From Octopus vulgaris (taxonomy: Eukaryota): a stretch of DNA of 64,000 bases. Made by a program: the position numbers and the translations under genes. Below the pieces are notes generated by a model. It did not search any database. It saw only the letters and a list, made by a program, of their open reading frames with translations, and had not been told where the DNA came from. This document shows positions 1 through 13,107 of this stretch, one piece after another; the first letter of the stretch is position 1; the number at the start of each line of letters is the position of its first letter. The DNA is taken from assembly GCA_951406725.2 (NCBI GenBank), contig OX597816.1, forward strand, positions 45,818,001 to 45,882,000, in the 5' to 3' direction.

Positions 1-829
1 AATATAACTGAAGGCATCCCAATTAGGAACTGAAACATGTTGACAGATTTTGTGGTTTTGCTACTTGCCAATCACAATACACTTTTTACAATAATAACAA
101 ACTCAAAACCCCTCGTCCACACACACAATGTCAGAAAGTAGGGCTTCTATTTTTCAGTGTGCTAAAAACAACAGCTAAATCTAGCCCTAATCAAATCCTG
201 TGCCTTGAAGAAAGGAAGAGCACATTGGCTATTGTAGGTCCCAGATGCTTGAAAAATAATGATGTGATGGCTACAGTTCAAACATCTTTCATCAACGGGT
301 CTGCTCAGAATTGACCAGAAGCTAAGTAATGAGAAAAAACACATTGTATACAGTGTAGGATGACCATGATTGGAAAGTCTTTGATCATAAGTTTCCTTAA
401 TTAGGAACTAAATAACAATACAAACTCTACTCCTTCCCTTAATTTTTTTTATATTTATTATAAAAAAAGAGCATATCAGCTAATTTTGATAGATGCATAT
501 TTCTCCTACTACCACTCTGGCTACATTTTGTTTATGCTTTTAGTTACTTCGAATCAAACCAAGAGTATATAAGAACTAAGAAAATGAAGACTACTAAACA
601 TGGACATGAAATTTCAATGTCACAGCATTATTTACAATAGGTCGTAAGTTATAGAAAGTAAGTCAGATCAGAAGTTTATTATTATTTTCCCAATACAGCA
701 ACCTTAACTGAGTCACTAAGAATATTATCTCACAATCTAGCAAATAATAGTTTGTTTATGGTTTGTTACATTTAATGTACAGGGTACAAAGTTTATTTCC
801 ATTTTTTTTTTTAAATTATCTATCGTCAT

Positions 830-1150
830 GTTAAAAGCACTCATATCAACACCACATAATGGAGCATTTGTGCTGATGCAAGGCAATAAAATCGCTCAAG
901 CTGGTGCCACATTAAAAAGCATCTGTACCAGTGCCATGTTAAGAAGCACCCCCCTGCTAGTGCCATATAGGAAGCACCCAGCACACTTTGTGGAAGTGGT
1001 TGGAGTTAGGAAGGAAGGGCATCCAGCCTTTAGAAATGACATTCAAATCAGACAAATAGAGCCTGGGTTGCTTTGCAGCTGGCCAACTCCTGTAGAACCA
1101 TCCAATCTGTGCTAACATGGAAAACAGATGTTAAATGATGATGATGATGG
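830..1150 (+). mobile_element. Degenerate 3' end of the RTE LINE family (same family as 31291-32696)
   Basis: AAAAGCAC sub-repeats, GTGGTTGGAGTTAGGAAG...GGGCATCCAGC block and (GAT)n tail match the 3' UTR of the element at 31.3-32.7 kb. Confidence 0.7.
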
Positions 1151-1819
1151 TGGTGGTGATGGTGATGAGGAGGAGGAGGGAGCGGAGGAGGAGGAGGAGT
1201 CATTTGAGCCATTTAAAAACACACCAATGAAATCTGTTCAATTCACTTGTTTATTTCCTGAGTTGTCAAATTTTTTAAATTGTTCCTCTCTGCGGCCCTG
1301 AACTACTTTACTAGAGGAACCTGGAACCATGTCCAGTGACCAACGTAACACAACAATAAGGTAACAAATATTTCAACACTTCAAGAAATAAATTAAAGAT
1401 GAATTTAACAAGGTTTTTTTTTTTTTTTTTTTAAATCATTTATGTGTTATTGAATTGCTAAAATGACTCATCTGAAACGTAAATACTTCAGTTTCAACAG
1501 AGTTTTACATCAACTTATTTGCTACACAAGTTACAATTCTGAAATATTTGTTTCAGGTTTCATTTTGCACTACTTTATCTTCATGAAGCTGACCCAGTAA
1601 ACTAGCTTCTCTCTAAAGAAAGACCCTACCCAAAACATTAATCTCGTCTTCCTTACAGTAAAATAATTTATTCATCATCATCACCCTCATCATCTCAATG
1701 TTTACTTTTCCATGCTTCATGGGTCAGACAGAACCGATAGTAGCAAACATTAGTCAGCGAGCTGGCAGAAACGTTAGCACGCCAGGCAAAGTACTTACCA
1801 ATATTTTGTGTCTTACTAC

Positions 1820-1982
1820 ACTCATGGAGTAAATTGGCATTAGGAAGGGCATCCAGCTGTAGAAACACTGCCAGATCAGACTGGAGCCTGGTTGCAGCCT
1901 CCTGGCTTCCCAGACCCCAGCTGAACCATCCAACCCATGCTAGCATGGGAAACAGACGTTAAACGATGATGATGATGATGAT
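1820..1982 (+). mobile_element. 5'-truncated RTE LINE 3' end with (GAT)n tail
   Basis: TTGGCATTAGGAAGGGCATCCAGCTGTAGAAACACTGCCAGATCAGACTGG...CCATGCTAGCATGG...GATGATGATG; adjoins a family-B SINE head at ~1756-1810. Confidence 0.85.
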
Positions 1983-2525
1983 TCTACAGCCAGGTGTCCT
2001 GCTTGTCACCAAACCTCATTTGTTTCCATGGAAGATTCAAAATGAACAATATTTGTACACCTGTGAAGCTCAATTTACAACTAACACACAATGTCAGGGC
2101 AGGCAGAGACAACTGCGCACACATGTACATATACACAGCACACACACTTACAAACTCATATACCTGCTTATGTGATGGGCTTCTTTCAGTTTCTGTCTAC
2201 CAAATCCACTCAGATGGCTTTAGTTGACACAAGGATATAGTAGAAAACACTTGCCTAAGGGTGTCAGACATCAGAACTGAACCCAAAATCATGAAATTGG
2301 GAAGTTTTTTTTTTTTTTTTATCACGCAGCCATGTCTTTGAATTTATTATTGTATTTACTATTTATCAACACAGACCATCACTAGTTTCCTTGGATTGTA
2401 TTATTTACTACATTAACAAGTAACTAACTAGTTTCTTTAAAAACTAAACATAAAACTGGCCTGAAGTTGGATATTTTCAAGATTTCAAGTAGGACAGTAC
2501 TTGAGTTTTATTTCCCATCCTCTAT

Positions 2526-2597
<72 letters not shown>

Positions 2598-2942
2598 TAC
2601 ACAGTTAGGTATAAGTAGTGGAAGGAGATTAATCACATTCCAAAAGCTAATCCTTAAGCCAATATGTCAACAAGATTGGGATGGTCCCAGATAGAAAGTT
2701 TACTATAAAATTTTAAAAAAAAACACACTCACAAAAAGACAAGAAAACCGGAAAAATGTATTTGATCAGAGTTAGTTAAGACTGTACATTTGTGGCATTA
2801 TTCATTATTTCTCTCCTCATGAAGGTTATTGGAAGAGCAAAAGAAGGGAAACTGCTTCCATCAAAAACAATAACCACAAGAGAGAGATATTTAGAGCAAC
2901 AGAAAGCATGTTAAGTTCTTTCAATAAGCAAGCATTTGAGCA

Positions 2943-3586
2943 TACACAGTCTGATCAATAAGTATATGGACTGTTGCCATAGTAAAGCACACAGAGTGAA
3001 GCCGCTTGGCACAGACTGACCTTGAACTCTGCTGTGCATGCACACTATGTTTTAACATTCTAGCTCACTTCTGCTGTTTACAGCAGTGCTTGGAAGGAAC
3101 ATGTGTAGCATGTGATCGTCGCATTGACCATGACAGAGGAGGTTGAGCAGAGAATCTGCATCAAATTTTGCTAAAAGTTTGGCGATACCTACTCAGAGGC
3201 CAATTCAAAGTTTTCAAAAAATTTTCATCATTCTTGACACAATTAAGGAGATTTTGTGCAACTGAAACCCCAATGTCTTTTTGGTCAGCTGAGAGCAGCT
3301 TTGGCACAAACTTGGCAGACACGCATCTCATACCCAAATCTTCAGTGGTAATGGACTGAACTGAACCATAACTGATCTGCACATCCTTTGATAACTCACA
3401 GAGGATGATTCAATGATTTTCCCCCCTCACAACTGCATACACATCTGCAATGTTTTACACAGGTCTCCCAAAACATTCATCAATATCGACATTTTTCGGC
3501 CATCATCTTTGCCAAGCAGCTTCACTCTCCATGCTTTAGCTTCGTTACTATAGCAACAGTCCGGATAGTTATTGATGAAACCTCTA
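2943..3586. mobile_element. Rearranged non-autonomous mariner (two inward-facing 5' ends)
   Basis: TA-flanked long imperfect TIRs (ATCAATAAGTATATGGACTGTTGCCATAGTAA / TTACTATAGCAACAGTCCGGATAGTTATTGAT); + strand MTEEVEQRICIKFC transposase N-terminus at 3130; - strand ORF 3161-3382 with ISYGSVQSI...SAKFVPKLL (WVP-like linker). Confidence 0.8.
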
Positions 3587-3804
3587 ATAATACTTTCTTA
3601 ATAATAATAATCCTTTCTATTATAGGCACAAGGCCTGAAATTCCATGGAGGGACAAAGTCAATTACATCAACCCCAGTGCTCAACTGGTACTTAATTTAT
3701 CGACTCTGAAAGCATGAAAGGTAAAGTCAACCTCAACAAAATTTGAACTCAGAACATGAAGGTGGACAAAATACTCGTTGTATGTATGTATGTATGTATA
3801 TATT

Positions 3805-4033
3805 ATCATCATCATCGTTTAACGTCCGTTTTCCATGCTAGCATGGGTTGGATGGTTCAACTGGAGTCTGGGAAGCCAGAAGGCTGCGCCAGGCCCAGTC
3901 TGATCTGGCAGTGTTTCTACAGCTGGATGCCCTTTCCTAACGCCAACCACTTTGTGAGTGTAGTGGGTGCTTTTTACGTGCCACCTGCACAGGTGCCAGA
4001 TAAGGCTGGCAAACGGCCACGATCGGATGGTGC
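3805..4033 (-). mobile_element. 5'-truncated RTE LINE 3' end
   Basis: (CAT)n then GTTTAACGTCCGTTTTCCATGCTAGCATGGG..., close match to 31291-31520. Confidence 0.9.
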
Positions 4034-4309
4034 ATACACACACACATATACGACAGGCTTCTTTCAGTTTCCGTTTACCAAATCCACTCACAAGGTTTTG
4101 GTCAACCTGAGGCTAGAGTAGAAGACACTTGCCCAAGGTGCCACGCAGTGATTAAGCTTATGCATATTTGTAGAGTGCTCAGCCACTTGCTAGTTAATTT
4201 CACGAGTAGGCTGTTCCGTTATTCAAATCAACTGGAAACCATGTCATGGTAACCAATGGAATACCAGATTCCTGAGACAGGCACTCCAATGATGAAAGAG
4301 CCTCTGCCT

Positions 4310-4800
4310 ACAAGAAACAGCGGCTAAATTTTTCAAAATCACACAGTACTACCTTAATAGAAGTAAATATTGACTATGTTCCTGCATACTCCTAAACAGA
4401 TGGAATGTTCACAGTTGGAATATCTCTGTTCATAGGTCTGCTTGACTTGGGGGTTAAACAACAACCAAGGAAACCTCTAAGGTTCGCAACACACCTTCTA
4501 AAAAGTAAGAAACAGGTGGATTTCTAGATATTCATAAATAGCACACCTGAAGTGGTTTCATACCTTGCTAGAAACAGCAACCAAATCTTTAAATCCTATT
4601 CTATTGTAAAAAAAAAAAAAACAAAAAAAAAACAACAAAAAAACAAAAGAATGGATATCACAGTCCTAGATAGGAGGGGGGTGGGCAAAGACAAAGAAAA
4701 CAGATAGTTCAGGTTGGAAGTAGAGCAACCCTTGCCTTTGATCAGAGACCTGCTTGATCAGAGCTAACATCAGGGTGGAGAGGGACACTAACACCAACTA
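4310..4800 (+). repeat. Old dispersed repeat (AAATCACAC...TTTGATCATAGGTCTGCTT...GGGCTAAACAACAAC), two copies here and more than 15 in the window
   Basis: Also at ~340-420, 5923-6020, 7180-7505, 21715-21870, 22975-23120, 25780-25930, 29420-29590, 38925-39200, 39525-39740, 46465-46630, 49255-50040, 56520-56900, 58880-59115; (CAA)n tail suggests a retroposon 3' end. Confidence 0.65.
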
Positions 4801-5139
4801 CAACAGCATTAGATACATAAAAGAGAAAGGTGTGTGATTTATTATGATAGAATCTGAGTAGATAAAAACCCAATAGTGAAATAGAAGCTTTTGATCCAAT
4901 GTCAACAGAGAAGATATTGCTTTTAACAGCACTTCATATGAGAGAGAGAGAGGGAGAAAAGAAAGAAACAGCTTGACCTTTAGCACAACACAAAAGTGAA
5001 ACTCAAGACACACAGAAGCAACAAGTGTGTGTACCTGTGTCAGTGTGAGTGAGTACGTGTACAAGTTGATTAACATGTGAACCCTCCAGTATATTCACTA
5101 TCTAATAAACAACTCCATCTTCCACTCACCTCACACACT

Positions 5140-5391
5140 CACCATACCTTTATATATGTGTATATATACACATACACACATGTATGTATATGTGTGTGTA
5201 TATATGTGTGTGTAAACAAACACGTATGTATGTATATATATATATACATATATGTGTGTATACATAAACACGTATGTATGTATTTATAAGCATTTATGTA
5301 TGTGTATGTATGTATATGTGTATATATATATGTGTGTGTATACATATATATGTATGTGTATATATGTATATATGTATATGTATATATGTAT

Positions 5392-5474
<83 letters not shown>

Positions 5475-5700
5475 TATATGTATGTATATATATATGTATG
5501 TATATATATATGTATGTATATATACATACACACTGCACAGACATAGAGAAACTAACACACAAATACATACGCACACACTCACTAACAGGCATACAAAAAG
5601 CCAACAATCATAAATATCACGTGTGTGTGTGTGTGTGTGTACACATACAGACAGACAGATACATGTATACATACACACAGAGGATTGAAAGTATATGTTA
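5140..5700. repeat. Compound (TA)/(TG)/(TATG) microsatellite
   Basis: Direct reading; source of the Y/I/H/T/M/V/C-rich ORFs. Confidence 0.95.
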
Positions 5701-6041
5701 GTATATACACACATAGAGAAACAAACTAATATGTAGATATAAATAAACACAAAACAGACTTTGAATCATATGTACGGTACATTGTTGTTTCAACAAAGAA
5801 AATTCTTGTTTTAATGTTACATACCAATAATATAGAGAATCTGATAAGAAATCTTGCTATTTCCATTAGTAACAACCAACAAAAGAAACTATGATATGCC
5901 ATCAAGGAGAGCCCAAACAGCATGTTGTTGTTGTTGTTTAGCCCCAGGTCTGTCTTGATTAAGCAAACATTTGATCAAAGATATTCCAGTCATGACCATC
6001 TCGTATTTTTATTCAGCCAGTTTAATTATGACTACCCTATC

Positions 6042-6276
6042 TATTTCTTTATTGCCCACAGGGGGCTAAACATAGAGGGGACAAACAAGGACAGACAAAG
6101 GGATTAAGTCAATTACATCGACCCCAGTGCGTAACTGGTACTTATTTAATCGACCCAGAAAGGATGAAAGGCAAAGTCGACCTCGGCGGAATTTGAACTC
6201 AGAACATAACGGCAGACGAAATATGGCTACACATTTCGCCCGGCGTGCTAACGTTTCTGCCAGCTCGCCGCCTTCA
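6042..6276 (-). mobile_element. Full-length tRNA-derived SINE, family B (AAGGCGGCGAGCTGGCAGAA head)
   Basis: Pol III A/B boxes (TGGCAGAAACGTTAG; GAGTTCAAATTCC); 18-bp TSD AATTATGACTACCCTATC at 6024-6041 and 6277-6294. Confidence 0.92.
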
Positions 6277-6448
6277 AATTATGACTACCCTATCCCCATG
6301 TGTCACTTTTTAAAACAGCCGTTAAATCTCCCTCATATCACACCTTACCTATGTTCAGTGAAATTAAATAAAAACCTAATAATACTGACTACTGATGTAA
6401 TCTATCAGCCTGTGAAAAATAGCAACCAAACCTTCCTCAAATCACACC

Positions 6449-6811
6449 TTAATGCTTTAGCATTTCAATTACTCTGTCAAAGGTAACGGTTATCTATTCA
6501 CACTGTTTAGAATTAATTATGTATTTTCTAGTAGCTTTGAGATCTTGACAGGGGTGATTGTTTAATTTTAGAATGACATTCAGGTGTGATTGTTTATTTC
6601 TAAAATGACATTGTAGGATATGTGTGAGGGGTCAAATCTGGCCAGTTTGAACATAAAACAGAGAATATTTAGGCAGGATATGGCCAGTTTAACCTGTAAG
6701 TACCTGTTTTACTTTCTTAAATGTAATGCATTCACATTGTTTAGAATTAATCATGTATGACTGGCAGAATATTTGGGTCAGATACGGCCAGTTTAAATGC
6801 TAAAAGATTAA
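6449..6811 (+). mobile_element. TTAA-flanked MITE (family M1) with internal partial duplications
   Basis: Matches 44871-45100 and 61494-61722 (GAATGACATTGTAGG, GGATATGGCCAGTTTAAATGCTAAA). Confidence 0.7.
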
Positions 6812-6874
6812 ATAAGAAAGACACTGGAAAAGTCATCTTTGATGTATAATGTGTGAAAGTAAGACAATCTTTTT

Positions 6875-7166
6875 TATCTTTTACTTGCTTCAGTCAAGAA
6901 TTTCAATCAAATGAATCAATCCCAGTACTTATATTTTGTAAAGCCTGGTACTCGTTCTATCAGCCTCTTTTGCTGAACCACTAAGTTACAGGGATACACA
7001 CACAAAGAGTTTGGGTTTCTTTCAGTTTCTTTCTACCAAAATCACTCACAAGCTTTCGGTCAGCCCAAAGCTATAAAAGACACTTGCCCTATGTACCATG
7101 CAATTGGACTTGAACCCATAAAACTATGTGGCTAGGAAACAAAATTCTTATCACACAGCCACACCT
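6875..7166 (-). mobile_element. Degenerate family-A SINE
   Basis: Reverse complement of the 28729-type consensus (CTTTCAGTTTC...CACTCACAAG...GACACTTGCCC). Confidence 0.75.
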
Positions 7167-8418
7167 GGTCGCACATAGAATAGCTGTGATCATAGGTCTG
7201 CTTATCAGGGCTGACCAGGGGTTAAGCAACAACATGAAAATAGAACCTGTGAAGATAAACACCAACATGATACAACACCTACCTACTTCAAATACATAAG
7301 GGAATCTCTATATGTCTGCTGAATCTGCAAGAAGTAGTAACCAAATCTCTCTCAAATCACACCCCCATCACCACAGAAAGGAAAACCTTGGATAAAGTTG
7401 TCCTGTGTTCCCCACACATAGGAAAAAATTGGAATAGTCCACAAATGGAATGCTTTTGATCATAGGTCTGCTTGGTCATGGTTATTCCGGGGGCTAAACA
7501 ACAATAGCTTATCTACTTAACCATTCACCCAAACAAGCAAATAGCCTCCCCTGGCGTCTAACCAGTCGACCACACCCATCCACTTCTGACTACAAATCTT
7601 CTAACACAGTGTCAAAACCAAACCAGATAGCATTAACCCAGCTCTTTTTCTTTTTTCTTTTTTTATTGTGACTCCTACTCCTCAACTCTCTCTCTCTCTC
7701 ACACACATACACAGACTGTTCCACATCAATAATGTCTGCGAAGTACAGGAATCTTGGTAGCGCGCAATATTGATCAAAAGACAACATTCTGCATGTTTTA
7801 TAGCATAATCAGTTCAGTGTGGTTATTGCATGATGTAAAAATGAAAGAGAGGAGAGGAAGGGGGGCAGGAGAGGAGAGAAGTTTGTTGTGGTTGCAAGCA
7901 GCCGTAGAGAAGAGAGCATGAGAAAATGGGAAGGAGACGGGGGGGGGGGGCGTTTTCCAAAGAAACAGTCTAGTACAAATCACTATTGGTGCTAACCAAT
8001 TTCATAAGTGGTGGTGGTGACTGACAAGACATAAGAATTTAAATAACAACAATACAATGTGGCAGTGGCAACCAGCAGACGAATGAGATTAGGAGAAGGA
8101 GCAGGTTGATGAAAAAAAGAATAGCTCAGAAGAAGAGGAGAGGCAAGTGAAGAATGAAGAAAAGGAGAGGAAGAATTGAAAGAGTCAAAGAGGAGGGTTA
8201 ATAACCACCACCACCACCATCATCGTCTAATGGACTGCAACCTCTGCACAGAACATGATGAAGGACATGCCACCTATCCCATTTCATCAGTTACAGAATC
8301 ACTATCCTTCGTGAGCTTTTAATTTCGAAAGGACATCCATGGTTCATCCTATCTTGAGCCAGTTTCCAGATGATGAGTACAAAATGATTAACTGTAGACA
8401 AAAACTACACTTGAAAAC

Positions 8419-9611
8419 TATTGGATTGGCAAGAAAGTAATATTGCAAATAGTTAGGATCTTTTTTTTTTAATGACTTTTTTTAATATTATGATTTTTTT
8501 TTTTTTGACATTTGATAGCCGCTTACTTTATCAGCAAATTGTATGTAATTTTGCTTACTCCAGTGTTGATTTTAACATGGAGTGCAAATACGAACATTTT
8601 CTCCTTATTCTTCTTTTTTATTTCTATAAAGAAAAGAAAGCCACTTAGGCTCATAAAGAGATATGTGACGTTTATGGTGATGATTGCTTAACAGAATGCA
8701 CATCGTTTAAAAAGTTCTGTTCTGGAGATTTTTCACTCAAAGATGACCAACATTCTGGTCAAGCTACTGAAGTTGATGATGACTGAATCAAAGCCATAAC
8801 TGAATTTGATTGTCATATAACTGTGCCAGATTGCAGAGAGGTTAAATGTATCATACACAGTAATTGAAAATCCCTTAAAATATATTGGACTCATTAAGAA
8901 GCTCAATATGCATCTCAAACACAGTGAAATCAACTTTTTTTTTTTTTGAAACAAATCATCCCTGATGATGCAAAATAGATTGTCTATAATAACATCAATC
9001 AAAAACAATCCAAGTGTAATAAACTAGCACAAACCACATCGAAAGTTGAATTGCATCAGAATAAGGTCATGCTGTCAATTTGGTGGGATTACAAAGGTTT
9101 TGTGCATTTTGAACTGCTTCCAAGGAACCAAACAATCAACTCAGATGTTTACTGTCAACAACTAATGAAACTAGGAAGTAATCAAAGAAAAATGGCCAGA
9201 ATTGGCAAATCGCAAAGGAATCCTGTTCTACCATAGCAACACTAAGACCACATACATCTTTACTAACTCATGAAAAATTATTGGAGATTGGTTGGGGAGT
9301 GATGTCACATCCACCATATAGACCTGACCTTGCACCATCAGATAACTATTTATTTCAAAGTTTGAAAAATTCTTTGAATGGTAAAACTTTCATTAATGAT
9401 GATGACCTGAAATCGCACTTGCTTCAGTTTTGGGTTGGTAAGGACCAAAAGTTCTATGAGCACGGAATTATGAAGTTGCCAGAAAGATGGCAAAAGGTCA
9501 TCAAACAAAATGGAAAATATATAAATGATTAAAGTTAATTCTTTGTATGAAAAAAAAAATGACTTTTATTTCACACTACAAAAACAAAATTACTTTCTTG
9601 CCTACTCAATA
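8419..9611 (+). pseudogene. Decayed mariner transposon, transposase pseudogene (mellifera-like subfamily)
   Basis: TIRs TTGGATTGGCAAGAAAGTAAT / ATTACTTTCTTGCCTACTCAA with TA TSD; ATG 8577 MECKYEHF...AHKEICDVYGDDCL; KVMLSIWWDYKG...ELLP..QTINSDVYCQQL; HPPYRPDLAPSDNYLF (YSPDLAPSD motif); stop 9532; frameshifts and an internal deletion. Confidence 0.93.
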
Positions 9612-9659
9612 CATACTTTGTACCTAAACCAGAAACCTATAACTATTACTATTTTCAAT

Positions 9660-9866
9660 GTGGCAAGCTGGCACAATCATTAACATGCTGGACAAAATAC
9701 TTAGCGGTATTTTGCCCATCACTACATTCTGAGTTCAAATTATGGAGAGGTTGACTTTACCTTTCATCCTTTCGGGGTCGACAAATTAAGTACCAATTGA
9801 ATATTGGGGTTGATGTAATCAACTGATCCCCTCACACAAAAAGCTGCCCTTATGGCAAAATTTGAA

Positions 9867-9910
<44 letters not shown>

Positions 9911-10085
9911 GGCAGCAAGCTGGCAGAACGATTAGCATGTCAGAGAAAATGTGTAATAGCATTTCTTCTGACATTTTACTTTCTGAGTTTAAATTCCGTC
10001 AACTTAGCCTTTCATCCTTTCAGACTCAATAAAATAAGGATCAGTTGAGCACTGGAGTCAATGCAATCAACTAGACCCACCCTGA
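9660..10085 (+). mobile_element. Two tandem family-B SINEs separated by (TTA)n
   Basis: GGCAAGCTGGCA..., TTCTGAGTTCAAATT, CCTTTCATCCTTT, AAGTACCA blocks occur twice. Confidence 0.8.
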
Positions 10086-10103
10086 TAGTTTTAGGATAAT
10101 CAA

Positions 10104-10580
10104 TATTATTATTATTATTAATATTATTATTGAGTGAGAGAGCAGTTCATGCCATCAAAGTGACACTGGGGTAAAATATACGAAGCCCAGTATGACTGCC
10201 TGTCTGATAAGGGTACACTAGGCACATGCATCACAACCATATGTGCATGACATGGTGATCTCATATCAAAATAAAAAGTACATGACCTTGCAGGTGGGGC
10301 CTAGTTAGAATTTTCTTCTGGTCGAGTAACCCATCCCGCTCAAAAAGTCCCTGAATAAGGGTTGTTTAAGGATGTTGAACGAAATACCAATGTTTCCAGA
10401 GGTGAATTATCCAAACCCCAAAGAATCCCTCTCAACACATGGACATAATATTCCCCCACTACTTCTGCTCGTGATCAGAGATGAACATATCTTCAGCCAC
10501 TAAGGGACATGGTCAACTGGTTATGGTCAAACAACCGACAAAACTGTGGTATTGAGCAGAATATTTGCTGTAGCCCAAGC
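10104..10580 (-). mobile_element. Non-LTR retroelement 3' end with (TAA)n tail; partial second copy at ~41828-42050
   Basis: Shared block CCAAAGAATCCCTCTCAACACATGG...GTATTGAGCAGAATATTTGCTGTAGCCCA in both places; both lie in family-B SINE clusters. Confidence 0.6.
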
Positions 10581-11557
10581 CCATTATCATTATTATTATC
10601 ATTATTGTAGTCAATTGGCTGAATTTATTTGAGCCAAATCGGTTTAGTTTAAATGCTGAACAGTTAAAGAAAAGATATAAATCTGAGTGTCAATACTTCA
10701 GTTATTCAATAAAAGAATTAAGTAATTAATAATCTTCTATAGTTTACATTAGTTTATATTTGTGGTCTAAAACGAATATATAACTATCATTTCTTTTTAG
10801 TATACATTTTTTTTACTTTAAACACAAAGTGTGACATAATTTTAATTTGCTTTAAAGTGTGCCACAATTTTACTTATGCAAAATTAATAACAAATACCAA
10901 CAGAAGAAAGACATATCATCAATAGCATGGCAGTGAAAGCCATGTCATAAAATTCACAGCAGTTCTAAAAGAGATAATGATTTTTGTTTTTCTTTTATCA
11001 TTTATTTTTTTTTATACAGTTTATTTCTTAAAGGGGAAAAAAAAAAATTTTTTTAAATAGATTTTTATATAAATTTATTTATGACCCAAAACCCAGCCAC
11101 GCCACCCATTATCCACCATGTGTAATTAATGTGGTTAATGTCATAAAGTATTACAATATTAGCAACGAAGCAGCACAAACGATCATAATTGGAACAATGT
11201 TAGTTTTCTAGACAAAGCTCTCATACACACATATATATACATGTACATATGCATGCATGCATGGGTGTATATTTACACTAAACTCGTATGGCTTTCAGTC
11301 AATAAAAGGTGCTTTCAAAAAAAGGAAGGAAAATAAAAGTAAATTACACAAAAAAATAAAAATATACATACATATATATATATATATAGCACATAGAAAA
11401 AAATAAAGAAATATTAAGCTAGAGCAATAAATGAATAAATGAACAAAATAAAATGAAATAAAAATCATATTATGCTGGGTGAAATAAAAATAAAAGGAAA
11501 ATTTGATTTCTATACATATATGCATGCATACAATATATACGTATGTGCATGAGTGTA

Positions 11558-11640
<83 letters not shown>

Positions 11641-12710
11641 TGTATGTACATATATACGTACATACATATGTGTTTCTATACGTGTACAGGTATGTGTGTG
11701 TGTGTGTGTAAGGAAATTGAATTTTTGTAATAGAAGGAATCAAATTTCCACAAGTGTGTTCTCTTCACTGACATCCTTTAGCACTTGGCAGCCATGTAAA
11801 TCTTTTCTATTTTGCTTTTAATTCAATCTTCAAAAGCCAAAAATATTCATGGCTGCAACTTTTAGTGAAAGAAAAGAGAGAAGAGAAAAGAAGAAAGCGG
11901 TGCTGGTGGGGGAGGGAGAGTAGAGAGAGAGAGAAAAAAAAAGAGGAAGAAAATAAGACAAAAAAAAAACGTGGAAAAAAAAGGAAAGAAACAAACAAAA
12001 AAAGGCATCAAGTCAACTGTCGTATGATATTAAATCTGGTGAACTTGATTTGGGTAGTGAATTACATGCATGCACACATTTTCATGTGTGTGTATGCATA
12101 TATATGCATGTGTCTGTATATATGTGTGTGTGTGAATGTGTGTATATATATATACATACAAAAATATACATATATAAGCATATATACATATTTATAGATA
12201 CAAATCCACACACACACACACATAAAATACAACTGACACCTGAAGTTCACATACAGTGAGGAAGCACAATGTAATCCAAGAGTCAAAAAAGAAAATGGTA
12301 GTTCCAAAGTTCAGACTGCATATTGACTTGCCTCTCGCCCTAGATCCATTTTTAAAAGAGTTATTTTATTTCAGATTGACGCGATACATTAAATGAACTG
12401 TAACAGAATACAGCACAAGTAACAAATACATAAGACCACAACATGGAATGCAATAATATTATTACTGAAATATAATTGAAAAAGAAAAGACGAAAATCGA
12501 ATAGGTGATCAGTTAAATAATTGTTTTATTTCAAAACAAAAGACCAAAGGGGGAAGTAACTCATACATGGCAATAGTATAAATTTAGATTAATTTGGTAA
12601 GTGATATAATAAATGAAACATACTCTAAAAAATTTTTTGAAAAACTCAATGAATTGAAATTTGTCTCTAATGTTTGAGGGACAAAAAACATAACCCTAGC
12701 AGATTATAGT

Positions 12711-12928
12711 GAAAGCACCATCCGTCCGTGGCTGTTTGCCAGCTCCGTCTGGCACCTGTGCGGGTGACACGTAAAAAGCACCCACAACACTGACGGAGTG
12801 GTTGGCGTTAGGAAGGGCATCCAGCCGTAGAAACACTGCCAGATCAGACTGGGCCTGATGCAGCCTTCTGGCTTCACAGACCCCAGTTGAACCTTCCAAC
12901 CCATGCTAGCATGGAAAGCGGACGCTAA

Positions 12929-12966
<38 letters not shown>
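12711..12966 (+). mobile_element. 5'-truncated RTE LINE 3' end with long (GAT)n tail
   Basis: Near-identical to the reverse complement of 31291-31520. Confidence 0.9.
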
Positions 12967-13107
12967 CTTGGGGAAAAGGGAACTTAATTTCAAGGACACT
13001 CGATATGAGTTGTTATATTAAGCTTCAAGTCAAGTGTCACTAGTCTGTAGAGAAGTGTCTGCAAACATCTTGAATACAGATTTTTTTACCACATTGATGT
13101 ATTCATC

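Noticed and set aside
3756-4121. Recurrent ORFs such as WQCFYSWMPF / AVFLQLDALPNANH
   Set aside because: Translations of the non-coding RTE 3' UTR repeated across the window, not a gene family
5077-5750. Long ORFs (up to 203 aa) here and at 11.3-12.3, 17.2-17.8, 35.5-36.0, 50.5-51.2 and 54-55.6 kb
   Set aside because: Read-through of dinucleotide microsatellites or purine tracts; no domain content
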